Positions 52,913 to 62,612 of a DNA stretch of 64,000 nucleotides are shown here, one piece after another. The stretch is from the NCBI GenBank assembly GCA_030700255.1, contig JAUYJN010000043.1, positions 16,785-80,784 on the forward strand. The letters run 5' to 3'. How positions within the stretch are numbered: the stretch's first letter is position 1; the number at the start of each line of letters is the position of its first letter. The notes below the pieces were generated by a model, which saw only the letters and a list, made by a program, of their open reading frames with translations, did not search any database and was not told where the DNA came from. A program made the translations under genes and the position numbers. The DNA is from Candidatus Peregrinibacteria bacterium (GTDB lineage: Bacteria > Patescibacteriota > Gracilibacteria > UBA1369 > JABINC01).

Positions 52913-55900
52913 ATGAACATTAAAATAGCCCCTTCCGAAATTGCGGAAAAAACAAAACTTTCTTCTAACAGGTCTCCAATTGCAAAGGAAACTTTTGAGG
53001 GAGGCCTTTCAATTGATCGTGTTTTTACTAATAAAGGTGAAAATCCTTTGGATAAAGTGAAATATGCGTACCGCCAATCAAAGATTACTGAGCCGGATGG
53101 AAAAATTGTGTTTGCGATGGATGATGTTGAGGTTCCGGAGGATTGGTCTCAGCTTGCAACCGACATTATGGTTTCAAAATATTTTAGAAAAGCAGGAGTC
53201 CCGGATACAGGTCATGAAGTTTCAGCGAAGCAGGTTGTGTATAGGGTTGCGCATACTATCGCGACGTCCGGTAAGAAATGGGGTTATTTCAAAGATGATG
53301 CAGAGGCGCAGACTTTTGAAGATGAACTTCTTTACATGTTGATAACTCAGCGTGGAGCTTTTAATTCACCGGTTTGGTTTAATTGCGGACTTTGGCATGA
53401 ATATGGAATTAGTGGAAATAGTGGAAACTGGTATTTTGATGAAACTTTAAATGATGTTGTTCAGACTGATAATAGTTATCTGCGGCCACAATGTAGTGCA
53501 TGTTTTATTCAAGAGGCAAAAGATGATTTGATGTCTATATTTGAACTTATAAAAAATGAAGCTAGACTCTTCAAATATGGTTCAGGGACCGGTTCGAATT
53601 TTTCTGCAATACGTGGTAGACAAGAATATCTTTCCGGAGGTGGGACGTCTTCAGGGCTTATGTCATTTTTGGATGTTCTAGATCGTGGTGCGGGCGCTAC
53701 AAAATCAGGAGGAACTACCCGTCGTGCCGCAAAGATGGTAATACTTGATATGGACCATCCGGAAATAGTGGATTTCATCAATTGGAAAGTTCGTGAGGAG
53801 AAAAAAGTTGCGGCACTGGTTGCAGCCGGATATTCTTCTGATTTCAATGGTGAAGCTTACAAAACAGTAGGTGGTCAGAATTCAAATAATTCCGTTCGTG
53901 TTACTGATGAATTTATGACTGCGGTAAAAGATAAAGGCAAATGGAATACAACTTTTAGAACTACCGGAGAAGTTTGTGAAACTTTTGAAGCGACTGATCT
54001 TTTTGATCAAATAGCTCATGCGGCTTGGGCTTGTGCCGACCCGGGTGTGCAATACGATACAACAGTAAATAAATGGCATACATGTAAAGTTACAGGGCGT
54101 ATCAACGCTTCGAATCCATGTTCTGAATACATGTTTTTGGATAATACCGCATGTAATCTTTCCTCTATTAATCTTGTGAAATTCCTTAATGAGGACGGTA
54201 CATTCCAAGTTGAAAATTATCGTCATGCATGCGAGGTATTCTTTATTGCTCAAGAAATTTTGGTTGATCTTTCTTCTTATCCTACAAAAGAAATAGCAAA
54301 AAATTCTCATGATTATCGTCCACTTGGGCTTGGTTATGCAAATCTTGGTGCACTTCTTATGATAAATGGAATCCCATATGATTCAGATAAAGGTCGCGTC
54401 GTCGCCGGAGCTCTTACTTCTATATTATGTGGAGCCGGTTATATAGCTTCTGCAAAAATGGCGGCCCATAAGGGTGCGTTTGAAGGGTATGAGGCAAATG
54501 CTAAATCAATGATAGATGTGATGAAAATGCATCGTGAACATTCACTTAAGATTGATCCAACTTTGTGTGAGCCATCAATACTTAATGCTGCTCATAGCGT
54601 TTGGGATGAAGTCATCGAACTTGGAGAGAAATATGGTTACAGGAATGCTCAAGCAACTGTGCTTGCTCCTACAGGGACTATTGGACTTCTTATGGATTGC
54701 GATACAACCGGAGTTGAGCCTGATTTTGCAATTGTTAAATGGAAAAAACTTGCAGGTGGTGGATATTTCAAAATAGTAAATCAATCTATTCCTCGTGCAC
54801 TTGGTCATTTGGGATATACTGAAGGAGAAGTAGACGATATTACTCGGTATGTGCTTGGAGCCGGGTCGCTCGAAGGTGCTCCACATTTAAATGATGATGT
54901 TTTTCAAAAACTTGAGCTTACTGAAACTCAAATTCTTGAAGCAGAAATTCATGTTGAAAAAGTTAAGAATTTTGATGAATTCGTACCACATTTAAATACA
55001 GAAACTTTAAAAAAAGCTCTTTCAAGCGAGCAGATCGCTGCAATCATTTTGTATGTTAATGGAACTCAAACTGTAGAAGGCGCACCTCATCTAAAAGATG
55101 AGCATTTGACTGTGTTTGATTGTGCAAATACTTGTGGTATTGGGACGCGATTTATTGCTCCTATGGGGCATGTTCGCATGATGGCTGCTGCGCAGCCATT
55201 CTTGTCCGGCGCAATTTCAAAAACAGTAAATCTTCCACATGAAGCCACGGAAGAAGAGATAAAAGAAATATATTTTGAAGGATGGAAGCTCGGACTCAAG
55301 GCTATCGCATTGTATCGTGATGGTTGTAAATTATCTCAGCCACTAAATAAAAATGCATCCTCGTCTGATAAAAAAGAAGATGTGTCTTCAAGTGAAGTCG
55401 CTTCCATTGTAAAGTCAGATGACACCATGTCTCCTTTGCACGGTAGTAGAATCGCTATGCCAAAACGTCGTAATGGTATTACTATTGAGGCGACTGTTGG
55501 AGGGCAAAAAATGTTCCTTCGAACAGGTGAATATGCTGATGGTAAAGTTGGTGAAATATTCGTAGATGTCTTCAAAGAAGGAGCTTCTTACAGAAGTCTA
55601 CTTAACTGTTTTGCTGTTTCGATCTCACTTGGGCTTCAACATGGAGTGCCTCTTGAGAAATATGTAGAATCATTTACATTTACTCGTTTTGAACCATCCG
55701 GAATGACAAACCATCCAAATATCAAAACAGCGACATCTATGGTGGACTTTATCTTCCGCGTCCTCGGTATGGAATACCTCGGCCGCACTGACTTCGTCCA
55801 TGTAAAACCGGAAGCAACCCAGATCGACACTATAAATGCCCGTAAAGTTCAAAATGCCGTAGTAAAAGAGCAAACTGTAAGTGCAGAGACTGAAGTTGTG

Positions 55901-56092
55901 GATGAAGTTGTATCGACAACAAAACAAGAGCAGTCAGTTGCCTCTACAGATGACGCATCGGTTGCAAATTTTAACAAGTCTATGTCAGATATGATGGGTG
56001 ATGCACCAATCTGTACTTGTGGACACGTTACTGTGCGCAATGGAGCATGTTACAAATGTCTTAATTGCGGAAACAGTATGGGGTGTAGTTAG
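52913..56092 (+). CDS. nrdJ: Adenosylcobalamin-dependent (class II) ribonucleotide reductase
   Basis: 1059 aa. Contains NSPVWFN, CSACFI, ASNPCSEY, TVNLP and a C-terminal Cys-rich tail CTCGH...CYKCLNCG. Confidence 0.93.
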   Translation: MNIKIAPSEIAEKTKLSSNRSPIAKETFEGGLSIDRVFTNKGENPLDKVKYAYRQSKITEPDGKIVFAMDDVEVPEDWSQLATDIMVSKYFRKAGVPDTGHEVSAKQVVYRVAHTIATSGKKWGYFKDDAEAQTFEDELLYMLITQRGAFNSPVWFNCGLWHEYGISGNSGNWYFDETLNDVVQTDNSYLRPQCSACFIQEAKDDLMSIFELIKNEARLFKYGSGTGSNFSAIRGRQEYLSGGGTSSGLMSFLDVLDRGAGATKSGGTTRRAAKMVILDMDHPEIVDFINWKVREEKKVAALVAAGYSSDFNGEAYKTVGGQNSNNSVRVTDEFMTAVKDKGKWNTTFRTTGEVCETFEATDLFDQIAHAAWACADPGVQYDTTVNKWHTCKVTGRINASNPCSEYMFLDNTACNLSSINLVKFLNEDGTFQVENYRHACEVFFIAQEILVDLSSYPTKEIAKNSHDYRPLGLGYANLGALLMINGIPYDSDKGRVVAGALTSILCGAGYIASAKMAAHKGAFEGYEANAKSMIDVMKMHREHSLKIDPTLCEPSILNAAHSVWDEVIELGEKYGYRNAQATVLAPTGTIGLLMDCDTTGVEPDFAIVKWKKLAGGGYFKIVNQSIPRALGHLGYTEGEVDDITRYVLGAGSLEGAPHLNDDVFQKLELTETQILEAEIHVEKVKNFDEFVPHLNTETLKKALSSEQIAAIILYVNGTQTVEGAPHLKDEHLTVFDCANTCGIGTRFIAPMGHVRMMAAAQPFLSGAISKTVNLPHEATEEEIKEIYFEGWKLGLKAIALYRDGCKLSQPLNKNASSSDKKEDVSSSEVASIVKSDDTMSPLHGSRIAMPKRRNGITIEATVGGQKMFLRTGEYADGKVGEIFVDVFKEGASYRSLLNCFAVSISLGLQHGVPLEKYVESFTFTRFEPSGMTNHPNIKTATSMVDFIFRVLGMEYLGRTDFVHVKPEATQIDTINARKVQNAVVKEQTVSAETEVVDEVVSTTKQEQSVASTDDASVANFNKSMSDMMGDAPICTCGHVTVRNGACYKCLNCGNSMGCS

Positions 56093-56093
56093 A

Positions 56094-56468
56094 TTATATT
56101 TTCAGCAATTCTACTTGTAAATTCTTCACTTTTTTGAATTCTTTATCCGCTGTTATTAATGTGAATTTATGTTCGATTGCGGTTCCTGCTATAAGTAGAT
56201 CTTTAAATTTTAGCGACACTTTATCTTGATGTCTCATATTAAAGGCTTTATCAACTGTTTCATTATAAATTGGTAAAGCAGGATATTTATCAATCATTCG
56301 TATTGTTCTTTCTACCGGTTGATTATGTTTTGCTACACCAAACAGCACTTCCAAACGAGAAATAGCGCTTATAAGACAGGGCTTACCTTCAAACTTCTCC
56401 ATTTGTTTTATTATTTTTTTATTATTACTTATCAAATAAATAATAATATTGCTGTCTATAAGAAACAT
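56094..56468 (-). CDS. vapC: PIN-domain toxin (VapC family)
   Basis: 124 aa. MFLIDSNIIIYL (first Asp), EVLFG, and DLLIAGTAIEHKFTLITADKEF (distal acidic residues). Confidence 0.85.
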   Translation of the reverse strand: MFLIDSNIIIYLISNNKKIIKQMEKFEGKPCLISAISRLEVLFGVAKHNQPVERTIRMIDKYPALPIYNETVDKAFNMRHQDKVSLKFKDLLIAGTAIEHKFTLITADKEFKKVKNLQVELLKI

Positions 56469-56477
56469 AATTTTAGA

Positions 56478-56705
56478 TTACCAATCGAATATATCTTCTT
56501 CTGGCCTTGTAATATTAATAGGCCCTTCTTCTTTTATGATTTTAAGCATATGTTTTAAAGGTGAAAGGCTTTCGATCATTGTTAATTCATATTTTGTGCC
56601 GTCCGTGTCATTTATTAAAACTTTATCAACTTGTCTATTCTTTAATGACATTTTGATATTCTTGAAATTCCTTAGAAGCTCTCTATTGTTTATTGTAATA
56701 TCCAT
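56478..56705 (-). CDS. Antitoxin partner of VapC (Phd/YefM- or VapB-like)
   Basis: 75 aa, 9 nt upstream of vapC and served by an autoregulation-type promoter. The family is not firmly recognisable. Confidence 0.6.
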   Translation of the reverse strand: MDITINNRELLRNFKNIKMSLKNRQVDKVLINDTDGTKYELTMIESLSPLKHMLKIIKEEGPINITRPEEDIFDW

Positions 56706-56726
56706 AATTTTTATTATTCTATGTTA

Positions 56727-56756
56727 ATTATACTATTTGTCAGACAAGTTTGTCAA
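56727..56756 (-). promoter_or_regulatory. Sigma70 consensus promoter with palindromic operator for the vapBC-like pair
   Basis: Minus strand: TTGACA (56751-56756), 18-nt spacer, TATAAT (56727-56732). The palindrome TTGTCAGACAA (56737-56747) lies within the spacer. Confidence 0.6.
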
Positions 56757-56795
56757 ACATTGGCGTGAATTGTAATCTTGAAGTATCTTGAATGT

Positions 56796-56824
56796 TTGAC
56801 TTTTGCAAGCCATTTATCTAGAAT
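56796..56824 (+). promoter_or_regulatory. Sigma70-type promoter for the 56850 gene
   Basis: TTGACT (56796-56801), 17-nt spacer, TAGAAT (56819-56824). Confidence 0.5.
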
Positions 56825-56849
56825 AATACCTCTTCTTATCCCATATATT

Positions 56850-57782
56850 ATGGTGACACGTGAACCAAATGTGACAGCCCCAACGCTCTTACCGGACACA
56901 GTCAAACATGCTCCATCTAATGATGTTGAGGATTTGCGGTTGGTGCACCCTGATGGAATTAATCAGCCATTGTTACAAAAGTTGATTCTTGAAATTAGAC
57001 GATTTTATAGAATTCGTCTTTTTTTGAAAATTCAGGCTTATGAAAAATCTTTGATTAGTCTTATTGCTAAGTATTCAGATTTAAGTGCTTCGGATTTTAT
57101 AGGTAGATATATTCAAGAAGGTGACCGGATGTTTAGAGAGTTTTCTTTTTCCAAAAGTGATGTCGCAGATTTCAGATCTTATGTAAATGCCTTAGGCATG
57201 AGCTTGGAAAAATTTGAAAAGATTGATGATATAGACCTTGAAGTGGAGGAATCTGCTGTCGGTGAAATAGAGGGAGCTTTGGATAGTGATATTGATATGG
57301 CTGACCCAATGGATATTTTGCAGGGTGTGAGTTCAGTGGTATGTCATAGGCTTTCTGATTTATTAGAAATGCCAATCGCTTTTGAACGACCACCGATCGA
57401 TAGGAAAACATATGATGCTTATGATAGAGTTGGTAAGCATGGGCATGGATATTGTGATGGTGGAATTATCATGCTTACCTCAAGAAGTGGAGCTGAGGAA
57501 TTGTGGGATGCTGTAAGATTTTCTAAATCCAATGATCATTTCCCTGAAATTGAAGAATTGGATCCTATTGGAGGTTTTCATGTTATTTCGTTGCCAGGGT
57601 TTAGTTATCGTCTTTCTTCACGAGCTTTTCATGGATTTTCAGAGCTCCCGCTTGCTAGTCAAAACGTACTCATGGGTTTGTCAGATGAAGTACAGCCAGA
57701 TCTTAGTTTTAGTGGAAAAATATTGGCTATTTTTGGCTATAATTCTTCAGGTCGCATCGTTAGATTGTGGACTGGAGTTTAA
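56850..57782 (+). CDS. Hypothetical protein (310 aa from first ATG)
   Basis: The track ORF starts at TTG 56778, upstream of the predicted promoter. The first ATG after the promoter is 56850. No family recognised. Confidence 0.5.
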   Translation: MVTREPNVTAPTLLPDTVKHAPSNDVEDLRLVHPDGINQPLLQKLILEIRRFYRIRLFLKIQAYEKSLISLIAKYSDLSASDFIGRYIQEGDRMFREFSFSKSDVADFRSYVNALGMSLEKFEKIDDIDLEVEESAVGEIEGALDSDIDMADPMDILQGVSSVVCHRLSDLLEMPIAFERPPIDRKTYDAYDRVGKHGHGYCDGGIIMLTSRSGAEELWDAVRFSKSNDHFPEIEELDPIGGFHVISLPGFSYRLSSRAFHGFSELPLASQNVLMGLSDEVQPDLSFSGKILAIFGYNSSGRIVRLWTGV

Positions 57783-57820
57783 TTGTGTATAATATGTTCG
57801 TTATATCTTAAAATAATCTG

Positions 57821-58597
57821 ATGAAAAAATTTCTTATACTTTTTAGCTTGGTTTTACTAGTTGGTCTTTCCGGATGTTCTTTCCTAGGTGGTGAATTAGA
57901 AGACATAGATCCTTCTGATATTACTTCTGAGGGGGATGGCATGGAAGATTTTGATGCCTTGGGGGAAGATGAAGTTGTTAATGATCGTGATTTAACTGCT
58001 GATGAATTGAATGAGACTTTTGATGCGAATGCACCAGTTCCAGCCGTTGCCGCCGGTGGTTGTGGGGTTTTGGCAGGTGAGTGGGTTTTGAATACATACA
58101 TAAGTGATATGGCGACTCCTTCCGGTAGTTTGACTACTTTGCATAATAATAGTGGTAAAACTATGACTATGAATTCTGATTGTACTTATGTTGAAGATTA
58201 TACAACTGAACATTTCGTTCCAGCACGTATGGTTCAATCATTTACAGATAGAGGTATGGATATAAATGCAGTTTCAGCTCTTTTGAATGGGGTTGCTGCC
58301 GAGGATATTGTTTGTAATTACCAAGGGCAAAATACTGGTGAATTCACTGTTAAACCTGGAAGTGGTTATAATTCTCTTTCATTTATGCCAGATGCTGTAA
58401 ATCAAATAACCGGTAGTTGTAGTCCAAACGTAGCAGGTGCTATGAAGGTTGATGGTACTCATTTTACTCCCGGTATAGGAAATACAGCTGTGAAACAATA
58501 TAGTTATATATTGGATGATGATAAACTTACTCTAAAATCTCATTTTGAGCCACAGGCCGGTACAACAATGGATACAACTATAGTTTACACAAAATAG
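57821..58597 (+). CDS. Hypothetical lipoprotein
   Basis: MKKFLILFSLVLLVGLSGCSF: signal peptide with lipobox L-S-G-C, followed by an acidic linker. Confidence 0.65.
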   Translation: MKKFLILFSLVLLVGLSGCSFLGGELEDIDPSDITSEGDGMEDFDALGEDEVVNDRDLTADELNETFDANAPVPAVAAGGCGVLAGEWVLNTYISDMATPSGSLTTLHNNSGKTMTMNSDCTYVEDYTTEHFVPARMVQSFTDRGMDINAVSALLNGVAAEDIVCNYQGQNTGEFTVKPGSGYNSLSFMPDAVNQITGSCSPNVAGAMKVDGTHFTPGIGNTAVKQYSYILDDDKLTLKSHFEPQAGTTMDTTIVYTK

Positions 58598-58675
58598 TAG
58601 TTTTGCGTCTAAGACTATGAAAATGTCTGTTTATATGTTATAATATTGGGAAGTATTAATTAAATCCCCAATGTT

Positions 58676-59383
58676 ATGGCTTCTAAATCAGATATTAATG
58701 AGGTATTCGAGGATGAAGAAAAAAAGAATTGTTTTCGTGTAGTTGTATTTGGTACTGCTAGAAGCAAGCCTGGAGAGAAGGCTTATGATGATGTTTTTGA
58801 GCTTGGTAAAAAGATTGCAGATGCAGGTTTTGATATAGTGACCGGAGGTGGGCCCGGTGCTATGGAAGCGGCCAACATGGGGCATGATGCCTCTGAAAAT
58901 GAAAAGACAGTTGATTCATATGGAATCAATATCAAACTTCCTTTTGAGCAAAGTGTAAATCCCGGAGTAGAGATCGCACATGAACATGAACGTTTTTCTA
59001 CAAGACTTGATGAATTTATGTCTATGGCGAATGTTGTTGTGATCACTCAAGGTGGTATTGGAACTTTACTTGAGCTTTTTTATACTTGGCAATTGATTCA
59101 GATTAAACATATGAACCATATTCCTATTATAGTTGTTGGACAAATGTGGGAAGGGCTGTTTGAATGGATGAAAAAAGACATGCTTTCTCGTGGCACGTTC
59201 AATGAGGAAGATTTGGACACCATTCACATGGTAGATAACGTAGATGCCGCTATGGAGGCAATTATTGGATGGCACGATGCTTGGGAAGAGCTAGGAAGTA
59301 GCACCCTAAAATATGAACTCAAAGGACATCCATATAAAGTTTTGTTTGATCATAATGCAGGTGATGGTCACTATCATGGATAG
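58676..59383 (+). CDS. LOG-family (TIGR00730) nucleotide-binding protein, paralog 1
   Basis: Contains FRVVVFGTARS, IVTGGGPGAMEAAN, and TQGGIGTLLELF (PGGxGTxxE-type motif). Confidence 0.85.
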   Translation: MASKSDINEVFEDEEKKNCFRVVVFGTARSKPGEKAYDDVFELGKKIADAGFDIVTGGGPGAMEAANMGHDASENEKTVDSYGINIKLPFEQSVNPGVEIAHEHERFSTRLDEFMSMANVVVITQGGIGTLLELFYTWQLIQIKHMNHIPIIVVGQMWEGLFEWMKKDMLSRGTFNEEDLDTIHMVDNVDAAMEAIIGWHDAWEELGSSTLKYELKGHPYKVLFDHNAGDGHYHG

Positions 59384-59427
59384 GCCGTTAATTTGCCAGA
59401 TATTTAATTTGAGAGTACTCTTTGAGT

Positions 59428-60099
59428 ATGGTACAAAAAGATATTTTTGCCGAGGAGGCTCTCGATCCGGGACATTTTCGAGTCGTTGTGTTTGGTTCTT
59501 CGCGCACCGTCAAGGACTCACCTCTTTTTAAACAAGTATATAAGTTTGGAGAGGTAATCGCCGATATGGGTTTTGATATAGTGACTGGTGGAGGTCCAGG
59601 TGTTATGGAGGCGGCAAATACCGGACATCAAGATAGAGCTTCTGAGCTTTTGAAAGCTGGCAGGAATGGTCACGTGCATTCTTTTGGAATTAATATAAAA
59701 CTCCCTTTTGAACAGCGTATAAATCCTGGCGTGAAAATCTCTCATGAATATCAGAGATTTTCAGCTCGTCTTGATGAATTCATGTCGCTTGCAAATGTAA
59801 TTGTAATCTTCCCTGGTGGAGTTGGAACTCAGCTTGAGCTTTTTTATACTTGGCAGTTGATTCAAGTTCAGCATATGTGTCATATACCAATAATCTTAGT
59901 AGGTGATAAATGGGATGGCTTGCTCAAATGGTTGCGCGACGTTCCAATGAATGATGGGCTTTTTACGATAGATGATTTCAAAATGTTAAAATGCGTCAAA
60001 GACTCTGACGAGGCAATAACTGCAATCAAGAAATGGCACAAACTATTTGTCGAAGAGGGTGGGGATGTTTGTCTCAATTGGAAGAAGTATAAGATTTGA
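59428..60099 (+). CDS. LOG-family (TIGR00730) nucleotide-binding protein, paralog 2
   Basis: Contains FRVVVFGSSRT, IVTGGGPGVMEAAN and FPGGVGTQLELF. The first ATG is 59428; the track ORF starts at TTG 59422. Confidence 0.85.
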   Translation: MVQKDIFAEEALDPGHFRVVVFGSSRTVKDSPLFKQVYKFGEVIADMGFDIVTGGGPGVMEAANTGHQDRASELLKAGRNGHVHSFGINIKLPFEQRINPGVKISHEYQRFSARLDEFMSLANVIVIFPGGVGTQLELFYTWQLIQVQHMCHIPIILVGDKWDGLLKWLRDVPMNDGLFTIDDFKMLKCVKDSDEAITAIKKWHKLFVEEGGDVCLNWKKYKI

Positions 60100-60220
60100 A
60101 ACACCCTTTTTTTCAATAGTTCTTTTACGCCTTCTTTTTCACTTTTACAGAACCGCATTCACAAGCCAAAACTAAACAGAAATAGGAACTATTTTTTACC
60201 TATATCCCAAGTTTGTCATG

Positions 60221-61165
60221 TTATTTAGTTTTGAATACATGGCCGCCGAAGCCGTTTCGAATTGCGGCGATTACGCGTCCTGCGAAAGTTGGATTGTCCT
60301 CAGTTGTTTTGCGGTAGTTTACGGCGAGCTCTATACTTGGAGCAGGTGTCCCTTGTTCATGCGCTTGCTCGACTGTCCATCGTCCGGTCTCGCCTCCGCC
60401 TATAGTTCCAACGATACTTTCAAGTCGCGGTTCTTTTGCGAATTTTTCTTCTGCAAGTTCAAGCATCCATGAGCGGATTACAGATCCGTGATTCCATACT
60501 TTTGAGATTTTGTGAAAATCCAGCTCTTCTGTATACGGCCCTTCATGCAATATTTGGAATCCGTCCGCGTAGGCTTGTAGAATTGCGTATTCGATTCCGT
60601 TATGTGTCATTTTGACGTAATGCCCTGAGCCACTTGATCCCATGTACGCATATCCGTCAGTCATTGCTATCGCTTCAAATAACCATTTTGATTTGTCGAA
60701 AACTTCCTCAGAGCCGCCGATCATCAGGCAAGCTCCGTTGCGTGCACCGGACATCCCTCCACTTGTTCCACAGTCCAAATAACCGATGCCTTTGTCGGCG
60801 GCGATTTTGCTATGTTTCACGGCTTCTTTATATTGGTTGTTCCCACCATCTATGATTACGTCTCCTTCAGAGAGTAGGGGCAATAACTCTTGAAAAGCCT
60901 CCTCTGTTGGGGCGAGCGAAGGTAAATACATTATGATCGTGCGTGGCCCTGTAAATGCATTAGCTAGTTCTTCAAAAGATTCTACTGCTACGGCGGCACC
61001 TTCAGGTGTTGCCGCTTCTCCTCTTAATTTTTCTGCATCTTCGACAAATTGTACTGCTTTTGAGTGAGTTCTATTATGAGCGATAACTTTGATGCCTTGT
61101 TCAGCAAGATGCAGTGCGATATTCCCTCCCATTTTCCCGAGTCCCAGTATTGCTACTTCTTTCAT
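60221..61165 (-). CDS. gnd: 6-phosphogluconate dehydrogenase, short (about 300 aa) decarboxylating-like form
   Basis: 314 aa. Contains GLGKMGGNIALHL, IIDGGN and HNGIEYAILQAYADG. It is the last gene of the tal-pgi-zwf operon. Confidence 0.85.
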   Translation of the reverse strand: MKEVAILGLGKMGGNIALHLAEQGIKVIAHNRTHSKAVQFVEDAEKLRGEAATPEGAAVAVESFEELANAFTGPRTIIMYLPSLAPTEEAFQELLPLLSEGDVIIDGGNNQYKEAVKHSKIAADKGIGYLDCGTSGGMSGARNGACLMIGGSEEVFDKSKWLFEAIAMTDGYAYMGSSGSGHYVKMTHNGIEYAILQAYADGFQILHEGPYTEELDFHKISKVWNHGSVIRSWMLELAEEKFAKEPRLESIVGTIGGGETGRWTVEQAHEQGTPAPSIELAVNYRKTTEDNPTFAGRVIAAIRNGFGGHVFKTK

Positions 61166-61182
61166 GATTTTTTAATTAAATT

Positions 61183-62601
61183 TTATATTTCGTGCCAGAC
61201 ATTATTTTCTTCTCCGAGAAGTATATTTTGGCCATTTGGCCCTCTGCTTCCGTCTTTGTAGATTTCTAGAGGTAGATTTTGATTTTTTGCTTCATTGAGC
61301 ACGTTGTCGATAAAATGCCAACATGCTATGACTTCATTGAAGCTTAGGAAATGCCTTCGTTCATCCTTGAGTATGTCCATGAGTAGCCTTCCATGTTCCG
61401 GTAAGCAATCATCCCCAAAACATTCGAGTGACTGGCTTGGCGCCATCTGATGATATTCTTCATAAGTACCTCCGTGTTTATTTGTGATTTTAAAATACAC
61501 ATTTGCTTTTGGCTGGAGTTCTATAATCAGTTTGTTGTGTTTTAAATCTTTGATAGCTTCTTGGAAATGAAGTTTTTTAAAAACGATTGTAATGTATGTA
61601 TGTTTTCTATCTACCATTTTTCCTGTGCGAATATATATTGGAACCTCCGCCCACTCCGTCTGATCTATGCAGAGTTTCAATGCCGCATAAGTTTCAGTCT
61701 TTGAATCTATGGCTATTTCATCTTCATTTTTGTATGATTCGTACTGACCTTTTATTAGAAAATTTTCTTTGTCAAATTTGAGTGCTGATAGTATGTGGTA
61801 TTTTTCTCTATGAATAGACTGCGAATTTAGATTGTTTGGCATCGACATAGTTATTAGTGCAAGTAGCTGCAATAAATGTGATTGAATCATATCTTTTATC
61901 ATGCCTACTTCATCAAAATATTTACCTCTTTCTTTGATCCCTATATTTTCAATACCTGTTATTTGTATGTATTTTATTAATTCACCTTTGAGTAGATGGT
62001 TGATTATTGAATTTGCATATCTCATAGAGGTTATGCTTTGTACGGATTCTTTTCCTAAATAATGATCAAGCAAATACACCTGATCTTCTTCGAAATTCTC
62101 TTCAATGATTGCAAACATATCTCTAGCAGAAGCTTCGTTCTCTCCAAATGGTTTTTCGATCACCAGACGCATTGGGAATTCATTTTTGAATTCAGCAAGG
62201 TTACGACTTATATCATTGAATACAGTTGGTGGCGTTGAGTAATAAGCAATTAATGGCGTATTTGAATTAGTTTCTTTTTCTTTTAATTTTTTGAAGAATT
62301 TCTCGTAATCATTTTTCTCATTATATTGTCCGGCAAAATAAAAAACTTTTGAGAGCATATCTTCTAATATTGTTACGTCGATTTCTTTTCCGAATTTTTC
62401 TTTTACGCTTGTTTCAAATTCTTTGCGAAATTGTTCGTCGGTTTTTTCTGAACGAGCGTATCCGTATATTATGTAGTTTTTTGGTAAGCGTTTCTGCCAT
62501 GCAAGTTCATAGATTGCAGGGAAGATTTTGAGCTTTGCCAAATCTCCCGATGCACCAAAGATTGTAAAAATAAACGCTTCTTTTATTATGGTTCTTTCCA
62601 T
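61183..62601 (-). CDS. zwf: Glucose-6-phosphate 1-dehydrogenase
   Basis: 472 aa. Contains FGASGDLAKLKIFPAIYEL, LLDHYLGKE and VQSHLLQLLAL-type blocks. Confidence 0.93.
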   Translation of the reverse strand: MERTIIKEAFIFTIFGASGDLAKLKIFPAIYELAWQKRLPKNYIIYGYARSEKTDEQFRKEFETSVKEKFGKEIDVTILEDMLSKVFYFAGQYNEKNDYEKFFKKLKEKETNSNTPLIAYYSTPPTVFNDISRNLAEFKNEFPMRLVIEKPFGENEASARDMFAIIEENFEEDQVYLLDHYLGKESVQSITSMRYANSIINHLLKGELIKYIQITGIENIGIKERGKYFDEVGMIKDMIQSHLLQLLALITMSMPNNLNSQSIHREKYHILSALKFDKENFLIKGQYESYKNEDEIAIDSKTETYAALKLCIDQTEWAEVPIYIRTGKMVDRKHTYITIVFKKLHFQEAIKDLKHNKLIIELQPKANVYFKITNKHGGTYEEYHQMAPSQSLECFGDDCLPEHGRLLMDILKDERRHFLSFNEVIACWHFIDNVLNEAKNQNLPLEIYKDGSRGPNGQNILLGEENNVWHEI

Positions 62602-62612
62602 TTTTTTTGAAA

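Noticed and set aside
52913-56092. Intein in the unusually long NrdJ (1059 aa)
   Set aside because: No Cys/Ser/Thr-...-HN-Cys/Ser/Thr splice junction blocks or homing-endonuclease (LAGLIDADG/HNH) motifs are present. The extra length is explained by an internal duplication and a long low-complexity C-terminal linker before the Cys-rich tail.
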